Assembly (NCBI GenBank): GCA_013265495.1 | Contig: MU057981.1 | Coordinates: forward strand, 124,001 to 188,000 | Direction of reading: 5' to 3' | DNA: 64,000 bases | Source of the DNA: Vicugna vicugna | Lineage: Eukaryota | In this document: positions 14,105-26,874 of the stretch, one piece after another | Numbering within the stretch: position 1 is the first letter of the stretch | Layout of the letters: each line of letters starts with the position of its first letter | Notes under the pieces: generated by a model | Told to the model about the DNA's origin: nothing | Seen by the model: the letters and a program-made list of their open reading frames with translations, nothing else | The model's database searches: none | Position numbers and translations under genes: made by a program

Positions 14105-17100
14105 AACTTCCTGATCATGGTCTCTATCCTTTTCTCCTAGGATGGCAAGCACTTCACACCATGTCTTCTGTCCTTCTGTGGATTCAGAGGTTTGCTCAGA
14201 TCAGAATTCTCCTCAATCAGTTCCCAACCTGCTCTCTGCACGGTGCTTGACCTGTACTAAATTCTCAGTCAAGACCTGGAAACAGTAAATCTAAGTGAGT
14301 TTGCATTATTGCTGATGTCACCCTAAACCTAGATTTAAATCCTGGAAAATAATCAGTGTTATCTTGAAGCAAAAGGACTGGTTCATTATTTGCAAGGTTT
14401 GTAAACCAGGTACACATCACCTTGGCCTCTAACTCAAAGTGTGTTCCTGGGTGGTTGAGGAGTTGAAGGATTTTTAAAAGCAAACCCCACAGAATATATT
14501 GGTGGGAGACTTGCAAGGGGATTGGAAGGCCTTTGCAGACTGACTACAGGTTCTTGTAGATGGACCCCAAGTTTTCCATGATTGACTGACATCTACTTAA
14601 AGGCTTTACCAAGTGGGACCCTTAGAGTTTTGTTTTGTGGCTTTCTAAGAACTCTGGAGTATTTTACTAAACCCCAGGTCTGTCACGAGCTACACAGTGT
14701 CTCATGTTTCCCACACTTCCAACTGGCCAAGGGATGTTTGGGATTCTGCACTGAAGGCATTTTCTGGAGGCGAATTTGGCTTTGCATTCAGACTTTGATG
14801 TGATGATTTTTGGCCAAGTCCTACAAATTGACACAAAGCCTGTGCTCCTACTCCTAACCATGAAGTTGGAGCTTCAGCCCAGGCAGCTCTTCCTTCTGGT
14901 CTTCTGATCTCTGTTTCATCTGCTCCCAGTTAAATCAGGGCTTCTGTCTTTCCTCTTCTAGGGAGAACTTGGAACTTCTTCCCTCTGAGGACCCATGTTC
15001 TCTGCATCAGGGGCTCCATATCTGTGCAGAGAAGAGAGAGGCTGCTGATCATGAACACACTCAGTTACCTCAGACATTGGGATCACTCTGTCCTTACTTT
15101 GATTAGACATGATGGCCACTCCTTTTTCCCCATTTGTGGCTTTGGGCCAAAGGTAGAGCTCCTTCCCCTGCAGAAGCTGAAAGGCAAAGATGCCACTCCT
15201 GGAAGCCGGAGCAGGGGTGGTACAGAGGGTCCCTGCGGGGGCAGCCTGAGGGGTGGCAGGGCCTATGAGTAGCTCCCAGGGGCCCTGGCATGAGGCTCTA
15301 AACTTCCTGCCAATTCTCATGCACCTGATATATTTTCTTAAGGCTCTTTCTACTCATATGAGCTCACCTGGGTGCCACTAATGTTTTGAAATTCCCTCTG
15401 GTGGATTACACCTAGGACACTGCTTTTAAGTCGGTGGCCTCCCTTATTTTTAATTAAAAAATTTTTTATTTGATGCAAAAAACAATGATAATCACTATTC
15501 TTATATATTATACAGACTGACACAGCAGGCCACAAGTAATAAATTATCTGTGATAAGAATAATCAGGACGTGTATATTCATAGACACATAAGGAACACTG
15601 GGAGTCCCAGCACTGCAGGTGAGGGGAGTCGGGACAGTCTGGCTAATACTGACAGCAGTGCCCTTTGCTCCGGCTCTGGAGCTGTCTCAGACAGGAGAGG
15701 TGTAGCTGGCTCTCGGTCTCCAGATGTTTCCACAGTGGGTTCCGGAGCTGGTGCTGTACTTCCAAGAAGGGAAACTGTCATCAGTCTGACTGCTTTTCCA
15801 CATGTGTCCCAAAGACAGGAAAGTCCTCACTGACAGTCAGAGATGTCTCAGTCCCAAATCCCAAATCCAGGGGGTGTTCTCAGACTGCAGTCCAGGGGAA
15901 CAGTGATCTAAGCCTCCTATTGCTCCTGGCCCTGTCCCAGCCTTGGGAGGCTCTGCTCTATCTGGTCCAGGGCTTTCCCCTTCCCACTCACCCCATCACA
16001 CAACCTGCATCCTCTTCACAATCACCTGCTGCCTCTAGGCTCCAGGTGCTCCAGCTGTACCAGGAGAAGCTGGGCCTGGTGCCCCAGGTCTGGGCTAAGC
16101 ATGCTGAGCTCTATGTAAGCCAGTAGCATCTTCAGGAAGGGGAGTCCTGGGGGCTGGTGGAAATCCTCTGGGCACTGGTGCAGCCAGGTGCCCAGGATGG
16201 AGGATTTGGCCGGTGGGTAGCCATGGGGGCAGCAAAGTCAGAGGCCTGGCCTTGCCTTCCACACTGCACTCCCAGGGATATGAGCATTTTTGCCATTGGC
16301 TCCTCCTATCCAGAGGCCGGTTCTACTCAATGTCCCGTCTAACATGGCAGTCTTGCCAGAGGCAGGTCTGAGCATAGAGGAGAGGTTTCTACAAGACTTT
16401 GGTAGTGACAGCCCTTTATCAGTGGTGTGACAACCTCCCCACATCTTCAGGGATGCCTGACACACTGATCTGTCCCTCTCTGTGCCCCTCCCCATTGGAT
16501 GTCTCTTCCATGAGGACAGGCAGGCTGTCTCCTCTGGGCACTACTCTCTTGGGAAGACAGGAGCTGCTCTATGAGCACCTGACCCAGGAGGGAAAAAGCA
16601 GGCTGTGTCTCCCACTGAGAGTTCCCATGGGCCTCCTCACAACTCAGATTTCAGCTTGTGCACCTACCTGCTGTCTAACCCTTCAGGGCCCCTGCCTGGG
16701 TCTCCTCCTGCCCCTGCCACTCACCTCCCATACGGCAGGCTGAGCCATCCCCTCAGACTCACTGGGTCCCCTGAGCACCAGCTGAGTCCCCACCATTGAG
16801 GTTCCACCAGGCAGAGAGCAGGCTGCTCTCCACCTCTTGTGTGCTGGGTCCCAGGGAGGGGATGGAGGCAGGGCTGAGACAGAGAGGGAATGGCTGTGCA
16901 TTCTCTGAGGGGCTGACTCTGTCCTCTGACATCCTGAATGCTCCTCACAGCACCAAAGCCTTGTCCATGGCCCTCTGGTCCTCCTTTCTTCTTTGCCAGG
17001 CTAAGCCCTAAGATTTCTGCTCTCAAGCCAGAATCATAAGTTGTATGGGGCCATGGTTTTGCCTGCTCCTTCCCATTGACTAAGCCCCAGCTCCATGCTG

Positions 17101-17490
17101 TTTTTGGAGCAGGAAACTCACTGTTCCAGCTGTTCCAGTGTCCACTGTACTCATCACAGTAAGGGAGGGCACAGCCCTACCTAGAGGAGAGCAGGAAGCC
17201 ACCTCATGGACTGTACTAAGAACACTACCTGGATGTGATGTCTAGTGTGACAGTGTGACTCCCGGCAGAATGGAAGCCCTGAATGCAGACCCGGTGTCTT
17301 CTTGATGCATTAAACGATGGTTTTTCCTAGAAAATCACCTGTCCTTAGTGGCCCTTCCTATATATTTGAAAAATGAGCTCAACCAACCCCATCACACAGG
17401 TCTGAGTGGATCTGGGGCCACACTGCTCCCCCCCCAAGGATCCCTGCTCTCACTCTCCTAGGACAGGGACACCTAATCAAATCACAAATC
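14105..17490. repeat. Left arm of inverted segmental duplication (partner 20680-23428)
   Basis: 14110-14240 is the reverse complement of 23300-23428, 15580-15860 of 22318-22600, and 17400-17480 of 20680-20770; paired ORFs 15578..15781(-) and 22396..22599(+). Confidence 0.95.
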
Positions 17491-19050
17491 CTTTTTCAAC
17501 TGTAAAGATGGATTTTCTTCTCAGGTGAGCATGAATCCAGCCACTCTATGCTGAATAAACCCATATCCTACCATAAGGAGCATAGCAATCTTGTAGGACT
17601 TGTCCCTTTTCTCTCAAGATGAAGATATCTGCCTTGTGGAAAGTAGTCCCAATTATTGCAAGGCAAATGTCCTTTTAAGTCCATGAAGAAACCCATCCCT
17701 TCCCAGATTCCTACTTCACACCAGACTAACTGCTTTTCTCTCCATAGGTAGGTTTCTTTCTCTGGCAAAGTGTGGCTTAGCGACTGTCCAGTGATTATAC
17801 AGGGATTCTCTTCCAAGCAGGTTTGAAAAATTTCTGGGGCTTGCACCGTTCGCTATGAGACTAAGCCTGGTGTTCTGGCAAGATAATTCCTACTTATTGC
17901 AAGTCAAAATTATTCCTAACTCTGGTGAAGTAACCCATCCATCTTTACACTGTGTTTTATGTTACCCTTGAGTTACTCTTTTTCTCAACATATGCGAATT
18001 CCCTCCTAAGAAGCATAGAAACCCAGGCACTCTAGAGCAATTTTTTTAATCTTATAATTAGTATGGCAAATATCATGAGATAATCCCTCTTATGGAGTTA
18101 AAAATCTCATTGCTCTTGGGAGAGTAATCCCCATTATTGGAAGCCAAATCAGGTCTTAACAGGGGTGAAGAAATTATCGATTATCATCATGAGATTATTT
18201 CCATTTGCAGTCCTGATTATAATCCCTTTTTACTGTAAATATGGGTTCCCTCATCACTTGAGAAGTAGCCAGGCACTCTCAGGTGATCACCCATAACCTT
18301 CTCCATGTGGTGCCAAATCCTATGAGTTTTTCCCTTTTGTCATGAGATTTAGCCCACTACTCTGGGGAAAGGAATTCTCATTATTGCAAATCGAATCTAT
18401 TCCCCCTTGAAGGGAAAAGATCACCCCATAGCCAGATTCAGTCCTTCATCACTCCTGAGTCTAAATCCATGTCTCTGTAAGGATGGGTTTTTTTTTTCTC
18501 AAGTGAGCATGAATCTAGCCACTCCCTGCTGAATATACCCATATCCTCCCATAAGGGACTCAGCAATCTCTCCAGTCTCTCAGGGGCATAATCCCTGTTA
18601 TTAGAATCCGACTGTGTTCGTAACACAGATGAAGGAATCATCATGGCTAATTATCCCCTTTTGCAGTCTTGAGAACAGATCACTTTTACTGTAAACATGG
18701 GCTCCCTTCTCAGGCTAGCTGTCGCCCAGGCACTCTCAGGTGGTCAATAATAATCCTCTCCCAGTGAAGAAAAATCTAGTGAGGTTTGCCATTTTCTCAC
18801 GGGATTTAGCCTGTTCTTCTGGGGAAAGTAGTTCACCTTACTGAAAATCAAAACTAATCATTCCCAAAAGGAAGAAATCACTCCACCAACAGATTCTGCC
18901 TTTCATCACTCCTGAGACTAACTCCTTTAGTCTGTAAGAATGGATTATCTTCTTGGGGGAGTGTGAGTCCAGCCTCTCTTGGCTGCATTAACCCATATCC
19001 ACTCACAAGGGGCTCAGCAACCTCGTAAGGTTTGTCCCTTCTCTTGGGAA
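17490..19050. repeat. Diverged satellite, ~243-bp monomer with a ~975-bp higher-order unit (orientation A)
   Basis: Anchor motif (c/a)ttattg(c/g)aa recurs near 17650, 17892, 18133 and 18379; tgtaa.gatgg...gtgagcatgaatc.agccactc recurs at 17501 and 18476. Confidence 0.8.
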
Positions 19051-19052
19051 TT

Positions 19053-20675
19053 AACTTGCCAGGACACCAGGCTTGGTCTCACAGGGAATGTTTCAAGTCC
19101 CATGTGATTTTCACACCTGCTTGGAAGAGAACCCCTGGATAATCAAAGGGCAGCGGCTAAGCCACACTTTGCCAGATAAAGAAACTCATATATGAGGAGA
19201 AAAGAAGATAGTCTCTGGTGTGAACCAGGAAAGATTCTGGTGATGGAAAATTTTCTTCACAGACTTAAGAGGAAATGTGCCTCAGAATCATTGTAACTAC
19301 GCTCCCCAGAGAAGGGGGCTTAGTCTCGTGAGGAAAGGTACAAGTACTTTGCGGTACTGCTGCGCCCCTTGTGAGAGGATTTGGGTTTATTCAACTGAGA
19401 GGCGCTGAATTCATGCTCACTTGAGAAGAAAACCCACCCTCACAGAGAAAAAGGAGTTAGTCTCAGGGGTGATGAAGGGTAGAATCTGGTGAAATAATGA
19501 TTTTTTTTTTTCAAGGAATAGATTTGATTTCCAATAAGAATTACTGTTCCCAGAGGAGGGGGGTGAATCCCTTGAGTAATGGGCAAAACATGTGAGACTT
19601 GGCTCCACCTGGAGGTGAATAGGGGTGATTACCTAAGAATGTCTGGGCTACTGTTTGCCAGAGAAGGAACCCATATTTACAGTTTTATTCTCAGTATTTA
19701 TTCTCAGGACTGCCAAAAAAAAAAAAAAAAATCTAGTGTTGATGATTTTTCAGCTCTGTTAAGAATAGACTCAACTTCCAATAACAGTGATTACTCTCCC
19801 AAGAGCAATGATTTTGTATCTCCAGAAATTGAAAAAAATCCATGAGATTTGTGATCCTAATTGTGATATGACAAAAAATTAATCTCCAGAGAGTGCCTGG
19901 GTTTCTACTTTTCTTAGAAGGGAAACTGTATATATTGAGAAAAAGAAATAACTGTCCTGGGTAAAGTAAAACCTAATGTAAAGATGGACGGATTACTTCG
20001 ATGGAGTTAGGAACAGTTTTGACTTGCAATAATTGGGAATTCTCTTGCCAGAACACCAGTCTTGGTCTCATGGTGAATGGTTCAAATCCCACGAGACTTT
20101 CAAACCCACTTGGAAGAGAATACCTGAATAATGACTCGACAGTGACAGTGGCAACCACATGTTGCAAATAAACTCTACATGCAGAGAAAAGGAGTTACAG
20201 TCTCTGGTGTGAAGTAGAAAAGAATCTGGTGAGGGATGGATTTCTTCATGGACTTAAGAACTTTATTTTGCTGTAATTGGGATTTCTCTTGCCACAGCAC
20301 TGGTCTTAGACATGTGACAAAAGGGACAAATCTTGTGAGATTGCTGAGCCCCTTGTGCGATATGTTTTTATTCAGCTGAGAGAGGCTGGACTCACACTCA
20401 CCTAAGAAGAAAATCCATCCTTACAGAGGACAGGAGTTAATCTCAGGATTGATGAAGGACAGAATCTGGTGATGGAATGATTTCTTCCCTTCAAGGAAAA
20501 TAATTTGACTTTTAATAATGAGAATTACTTTCCTCAGAGAAGTGGGCTAACTCCTGTGAGAGAAGGGCAAATCTCAGGAGACTTGGCTCCATCTGGAGAG
20601 GTTTAGGGGTGATTCCCTGAGAGTATCTTGGGCTACTGCTTGCCTGAGTAGGGAACCCATATTTACAGTTGATAA
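19053..20675. repeat. Same satellite in the opposite orientation (orientation B)
   Basis: cttgccaggacaccaggcttggtctca (~19055) is the reverse complement of tgagactaagcctggtgttctggcaag (17856-17882); this motif repeats ~990 bp later at ~20044. Confidence 0.85.
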
Positions 20676-20679
20676 AGTA

Positions 20680-23428
20680 TTTGTGGTTCCATTTGGTGTC
20701 CCTGTCCTAGGAGAGTGAGAGCAGGGGTTCCTGGGAGGGAGAAGTGTGGTCCCAAAAGCCCATCAGACCTGTGTGACAGGGCCGGCTGAGCTCATTCCAC
20801 ACTGATACAGGAATGCCAAGTAAGACAGGTGCTTTTCTAGGGAAAACCATCATTTACTGCATCGAGCAGACACCAAGCCTGCTCTCCAGGACTTCCATTC
20901 TACTGGGAGTCACACTGTCACAATAGACATCACATCCATGTAGTCCTCTGTACAATCATGTGACAGCTTCCTGGTCTCCTCTAGATATGGGTGCATCCAC
21001 TCTTACTGTGATGAGTAAGCAGACCCCAGGACCAGCTGAAAGTGAGTTTCTTTGATTGAAGGAGGAACTCCCTGGCCCCAAAACACTGTGGAGCTGTGAG
21101 CTCCATGAATGGGCAGGTGCAGGCAGAACCCTGGATTCCAAACATCTTATGATTCTGGATTGAGAGCAGAAGACCTATGGCTTCTCCTGGCAAAGAGGAA
21201 AGGAGAACTGGAGAGCTGTGGGGGCAAGGCTTTGGTGCTGTGAGGAGCATCTGGGAGGTCAGGGAAAAGAATCAGCACCTAAGAAACCCATAGCCACTCC
21301 CTCCCCATCTCAGCCCTGCCTCCACCCCCTTCCTGGGACCCAGAACAAGGGGTAGAGAGCAGCCTGCTCAGCCTCTGGTGGAGCCTCAATGGTGGGGACT
21401 CATCTGGTGTGCAGGGAACCTAGTGAGTCTCAGGGGACAGCTCAGGTGAGTGGTGGGGGCAGGAGGAGTCCCGGGCAGGACCCCTGGAATATCAGGCAGC
21501 AGGTAGGTGCAGGAGCTAAAGTCTGAGACATGACAAGGCCCACAGGAAGCCTGGGTGGGAGACTCAGCCTGTTCTTTCCCTCCTGGGCCAGATGCTCACA
21601 GAGCAGCTCCTGTCTTCCTGAGAGAGTAATGCCCAGAGCAGGCAGCCTGCCTGAACTCACAGCGCTGACATTCAGCGGGGAGGGGCAGTGAGAGGGACAG
21701 AGCAGTGTGTCAGAGCAGTGTCCTTGAAGATGTGGAGAGGTTGTCATACCACTGTTCAAAGGTTGTCACTTCTGAAGGCTTGTCACAGTCCTACCTCTGT
21801 GTCCAAGCCTACCTCTGCCAAGACTGACAGTTTAGATGGGACATGGATTAGAACTGGCCTCTGAATGACAGGAGCCAAAGGCAAAGAATCCCACAGCTCC
21901 ACAGGGCTGCCCTGGGAGTGCGTTTGGAAGGCAAGGCCAGGTCTCTGATTCTGCTGCCCCCTGACAACCAGCAGGGCCATGCCCTCCATCCAAGGTACCT
22001 GGCTGCACCAGTGTACAGATTTCCACCAGCCCCCAGAATTTCCCTGCCTGAAGATGCTACTGACTTACATAGAGCTCAGCATGCCTGGCTCAGACCTGGA
22101 GCACAAGGGCCAATTTCTCCTGGCACAGCTGGAGCACCTGGAGCCTAGAGGCAGCGGGTGACTGTGAGGAGGATGCAGGGTGGGTGATGGGGTGAGTGGG
22201 AAGGGGAAGTCCCTGGACCAGACAGAGCAGAGCCTCCCAAGGCTGGAACAGGGCCAGGAGCAATAAGGAGGCTTAGTTCCCCTGGACTGCAGCCTGGGAA
22301 AGCTATCTGGGGGTGAGATTTGGGACTGAGACATCTCTGATTGTCAGTGAGGACTTTCCTGTCTTTGGGACACATGTGGAAAAGCAGTCAGACGGATGAT
22401 AGTTTCCCTTCTTGGAGGTACAGCACCAGCTCTGGAACCCGCTGTGGAAACACCTGGAGACCGAGAGCCAGCTACACGTCTCCTGCCTGTGACAGCTCCA
22501 GAGCCGGAGCAAAGGACACTCCTGTCAGTATTAGCCAGTCTCTCCCGACTCCCCTCACCTGCAGTGCTGGGGCTCCCAGTGTTCCTTACGTGTCTATAAC
22601 TATTCAGTTCCTGATTATTCTTATCAGTTATTACTTACTATGTGCCCTATTGTGTCTCCCTGGGTAACATATGAGATTATCACTTTTTTTGGATTAAATA
22701 ACAATTTTACAAATTAAAAATATGGCAGGTCACCTGTTAAAGCAAGCGCCCTAGATGTGATCAATTGAGCTCATATGAGCAGAAACAGACTTAGATGAGA
22801 ATCTGCAGGAATCTCAGAGCCTTATGTCAGGGGCCTGGGAAGTGACCACAGGCCCTACCACCCCTCAGAGTCCCCCAGCTGTGACTCAATGCAGACCTAG
22901 GGTTAAGTTACATACTCTCAAGTTCTTAGAAAACCACAAACCAAAACTCTAAGTAGACTTCTGAAGCTGCTAAGGGTCCCACTTGGTAAAGCCACTAAGG
23001 AGATGCTCTGATGTCAGCCAATCATGGAAAACTTGGGGTCCATCTGCAAGAACGTGTAGTCAGTCTGCAAGGGCCTTTCATTCCCCTTAGAAGTCTTCCA
23101 ATTATATATTCTCTGGGGTTTGCTTTTAAACATCATTCAACCTCTCAACCACCTAGGAACACACTTTCAGTTACAGGTAAAGGCTGTGTATTCCTGGTCT
23201 GCAAGCCTGCAAAAAATAACCCTGATTCTTTTCCAGGATTTAATTCTAATTTTAAGAGAACATCAATAATAGTGCATAACTCATTTAGAGTTACTGTACA
23301 AAGAGCAGACTGGGCATTGATTGAGGAGCATCCAGATTTGGGAGAAGCTCTGAATCCACAGAAAAACAGAAGACATGGTGTGAACTGCCTGCCATCCTAG
23401 GAAAGAATGATAGAGATCATGATCAGGG
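20680..23428. repeat. Right arm of inverted segmental duplication
   Basis: Reverse complement of 14105-17490, lacking the ~550-bp segment 14680-15235; ends at an L1. Confidence 0.95.
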
Positions 23429-24217
23429 CAAAAAACACATGATCATCTGAATAGATACAGAGAAAGCATTTGATAAAATTCAACACCCATTTATGATTAA
23501 AAAAAAGAAAAACCTTACCAAAGTGGGTGTAGAGGGAACATATCTCAACATAATAAAAGCTGTTTATGACAAACCTATAGCCAGCATAGTACTTAACAGT
23601 GAAAAACTGGAAACATTTCCACTAAAATCTGGGAAAAGACAACATCGTCCACTCTCACCACTTCTATTCAACATAGTCTTGGAAGTCCTAGCCACAGCAA
23701 TCAGGCAAGAAAAAGAAATAAAAAGGATCCAAATTGGAAAAGAAGAGGTAAAATTGTCATTATATGTGAATGACATACTATATATAGAAAACCTGAAAAG
23801 TACCATTAAAAAAACCCCCAAAATTCTAGAGCTAATAAAAGAATTTGGCAAGGTAGCAGGACACAAGATTAACATACACAAATCAGTTGAATTTCTTTAC
23901 ACTAACAATGAATCAAGAGGAAAAGAAAGAAACAATCCCTTTTAAAATTACATCCAAAACAATAAAATACTTAGGAATAAATCTGACAAAGGAGACAAAA
24001 GACGTACAGGTGGAGAACTACAAAACTTTGATTAAGTAAATTAAAGAAGACTTAAAAAAATGGAAAGATAACCCATGCTCCTGGATTGGAAGAATCAGTG
24101 TTATTAAAATGGTCATTCTGTCCCAGGCAATCTACAGATTTAATGCAATCCCTATCAAATTACCCAGGACAGTTTTTACCAAACTGAAACAATAATCTTA
24201 AGATTTATATGGAATCA
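23429..24217 (+). mobile_element. L1 ORF2 (RT region), 5' part, interrupted by the MED24 retrocopy
   Basis: ORF 23493..23945 [21 protein letters not shown]...[25 protein letters not shown]. Confidence 0.95.
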
Positions 24218-26874
24218 AATAGGGAATTTCAGGGTTGGGGAAGGTGGAAGAAATGGGGGGGATCTGGATTCAGGTGGCAGCGGCTGAGGGACGCAGCAAG
24301 AGCTAAGGGTGTAGTTAGGGAATTGGAACCAGCTTAACTCCTTGCTGCCCATTTATCTTTGTATTAAGCCCCTTTGACACCTTCTTCTTAGTGCTCCAGT
24401 TCCAAGGATGGTTTAGGAGGGAAGAACCTGGCAGGATCCCTACTTTGCCCCCTTTCCCTTTTTTTTTTTGACTTTCTATTTCTGCCTCCTTTGCATTTTC
24501 CTGTGTCTTCTCCATTCCATATAACTCTACTCACTGCCCCCCACAGCACCCCGTTCTTTTCCTCAGAATCTCCTCTCCCCTTCTCTAGCTCGATTTCTTC
24601 TGCCTCACAGCTGACCACCACCAGCCTGGTCTCCTGAGTGAAATCATGAAGGTGGTGAACCCGAAGCAAGCTATTTTGCAAGCTTGGAAGGTGCAATGGA
24701 GTGACTACCAGTGGGCAATCAACATGACATTTTTTCCCAAAGGAGCCACCTGGGACATTCTCAACCTGGCAGAAGCACTACTGGAGCAGGCCATGACTGG
24801 ACCTTCCCCCAAACCTCTCATCCTGTCCTACCTGAAGTATGCCATCAGCTCCCCGATGGTGTTCTACTCCTCTGTCCTCACAGCTATCAGGAAGTTTGAT
24901 GACTTTTCCCGGGACCTGTGTGTCCAGGCCTTGCTGGGCATCATGGACATGTTTTGTGACCGACTGAGCTGTCACAACAAAGCAGAGGAGTGCATTGGGC
25001 TGTGCCGGGCCCTTCTCAGTGCCCTCTACCGTCTGCTGCGCCGTACCGCAGCCTCTGCTGAGCGGCTCCAGGACGGGCTGGAGGCTGGCACTCCTGCCGC
25101 AGCTGCCAAAAAGCAGCTTGCTATGTGCCTGCAGCGCCTGTAGAAGACCGTCAGCAGTACCAAGAACTGGGCCCTGCTCCACATGGCCAAACTAGAGGAG
25201 GCTTCCTCCTGGACTGCCATTGAGCAATGCCTCGAAGCCTGGGGATATCCTGGCTGGTCTCAGCAGCCCCCAGCTCTGAAGCCAGGCCTAGCAGTGCGGC
25301 ACACTTATCAGGAGCATCCCCACCATGCTGTCCATGCACTCGGAGCAGCTGCACAAGACTGGCTTCAAGTTCATCCAGAAAATCACCAATAATATCAAAG
25401 GGAAGGTTTGCAATCTGGCAGTGTGTGCCGTGGCTTGGCCGGTGGCCCGTGTGTGGATGCTGGAGCTGGATGACGTGAGAAGTCACTGCAGATGATCCGC
25501 CAGCTGGCAGGGCCACTGTACAGCAAGAATACCCTGCAACTCTACAATGAGAGTGTGGTGATCATGAGCTCCATCCTGGAGCACACGTGTGCTGATGTGT
25601 TGCAGCAGACAGCCATGCAGATCAAGTTCCCATCCATGGGCATGGACACCATGCCCTACTGGAACCTGCTGCCCCCAAAGTGACACATCAAGAAGGTGCT
25701 GATGGACGTTATTTGCCAAGGTACTGGAGAGGGGATGGGTGGACAGCTGCTCCATCCACATCTTTGATGCCCTATTGCACATGGGAGGCATCTACTGGTT
25801 CTTCAACAACCTGATTAGGGAACTGCTGAAGCAGATGCAGAAGGAGCACCTGCTGCGGGTGGTGGAGCTGCCCTACTCCATCTTCTGTCTGGACATGTGG
25901 CAGGGGACCCTGGTCCTGCTGGGCCACATCCTGCCCAGCCTACTCACTGACTCCTCCAAGTGGCACAGCCTCATGGACCCCCTGGCACCACTCTTGCCAA
26001 GCTGGCCATCTGGTGTGCCCTGAGTTCCTACTCCTCACACAAGGGGCAGGTGTCCTCCCGCTGAAAGAAGAGAAACTGTGAAGACATCGAAAATTACATC
26101 AGCCTCTTCCCATTGGACAACATGCAGCCCTCAAAGCTGATGTGACTGCTGAACTCCAATGAGGAAGATGCAAGTATCCTCTCGAATCTCACCAACTGAT
26201 CCATGAGCAGCTCCCTGTCAGCCTCCCAGCTCCACAAATTTAACATGAGACCCACTGAACCGAGTGCTGGCCAATCTGTTCCTGCTTATCTCCTCCATCC
26301 TGGGGTTGCAGCCCACACATGCAGTCTGTGCAGTGGTTCATGGAGCAGTGCATGGACTGCCTGGAGCAGGGCAGCCAGGGCACTGTCCTGCAGTTCATGC
26401 CCTTCACCACCGTATCAGAACTAGTGAAGGTGTCAGCCATGTCCAGCCCCAATGTGGTTCTGGCCATCACAGACCTCAGACTGCCCCTGGGCTGCAAGGT
26501 TGCTGCCAAAGCCATTGCTGCCCTCTGAGGGGCTTGGATTGGCTACCAGGGCTGGCAGGAGAGGGTCCCAGCCCCAGGCACCTCAGAAGGGAACCGTGAG
26601 GAGAGTTGAGACATCATTGGTCATAGCCACATGACATAACAGCCCTCGGTCAGTCGGTTTCCAGATCTTTCCCCTGCTCTTGACCTCTAAGAAGGCTCCC
26701 AGTCTCTTTAGTAATTTCCTCTCTCCACTGCCAGCACCTGGCTCCTTAGCTCAGGGCAGCCTTCCTGTTTTGCACCAGTCCCACCACTCCTCCCCTCCCA
26801 CAGGCAGCTTTACCTCTGAGGGACTGCACAGGTGCAGGGTCTGTGTGTATACATGTATATGTGTATATATGTAT
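24218..26874 (+). pseudogene. MED24: Processed pseudogene of Mediator subunit 24 (TRAP100); coding remnant 24646-26528
   Basis: Intronless; starts MKVVNPKQAILQAWK..WSDYQWAINM and ends VVLAITDLRLPLGCKVAAKAIAAL*; stops at 25141 and 25681, frameshifts, large internal deletion; 15-bp TSD atttatatggaatca at 24203-24217 and 26875-26889. Confidence 0.97.

Noticed and set aside
17490..20675. Decayed KRAB zinc-finger array or CRISPR-like array
   Set aside because: The period is ~243 bp, not 84 bp; no TGEKPY/C2H2 frame; no identical repeats with unique spacers; eukaryotic DNA.
24646..25143. Functional short MED24 CDS (165 aa)
   Set aside because: Ends at a premature TAG in an intronless, TSD-flanked copy with further frameshifts.
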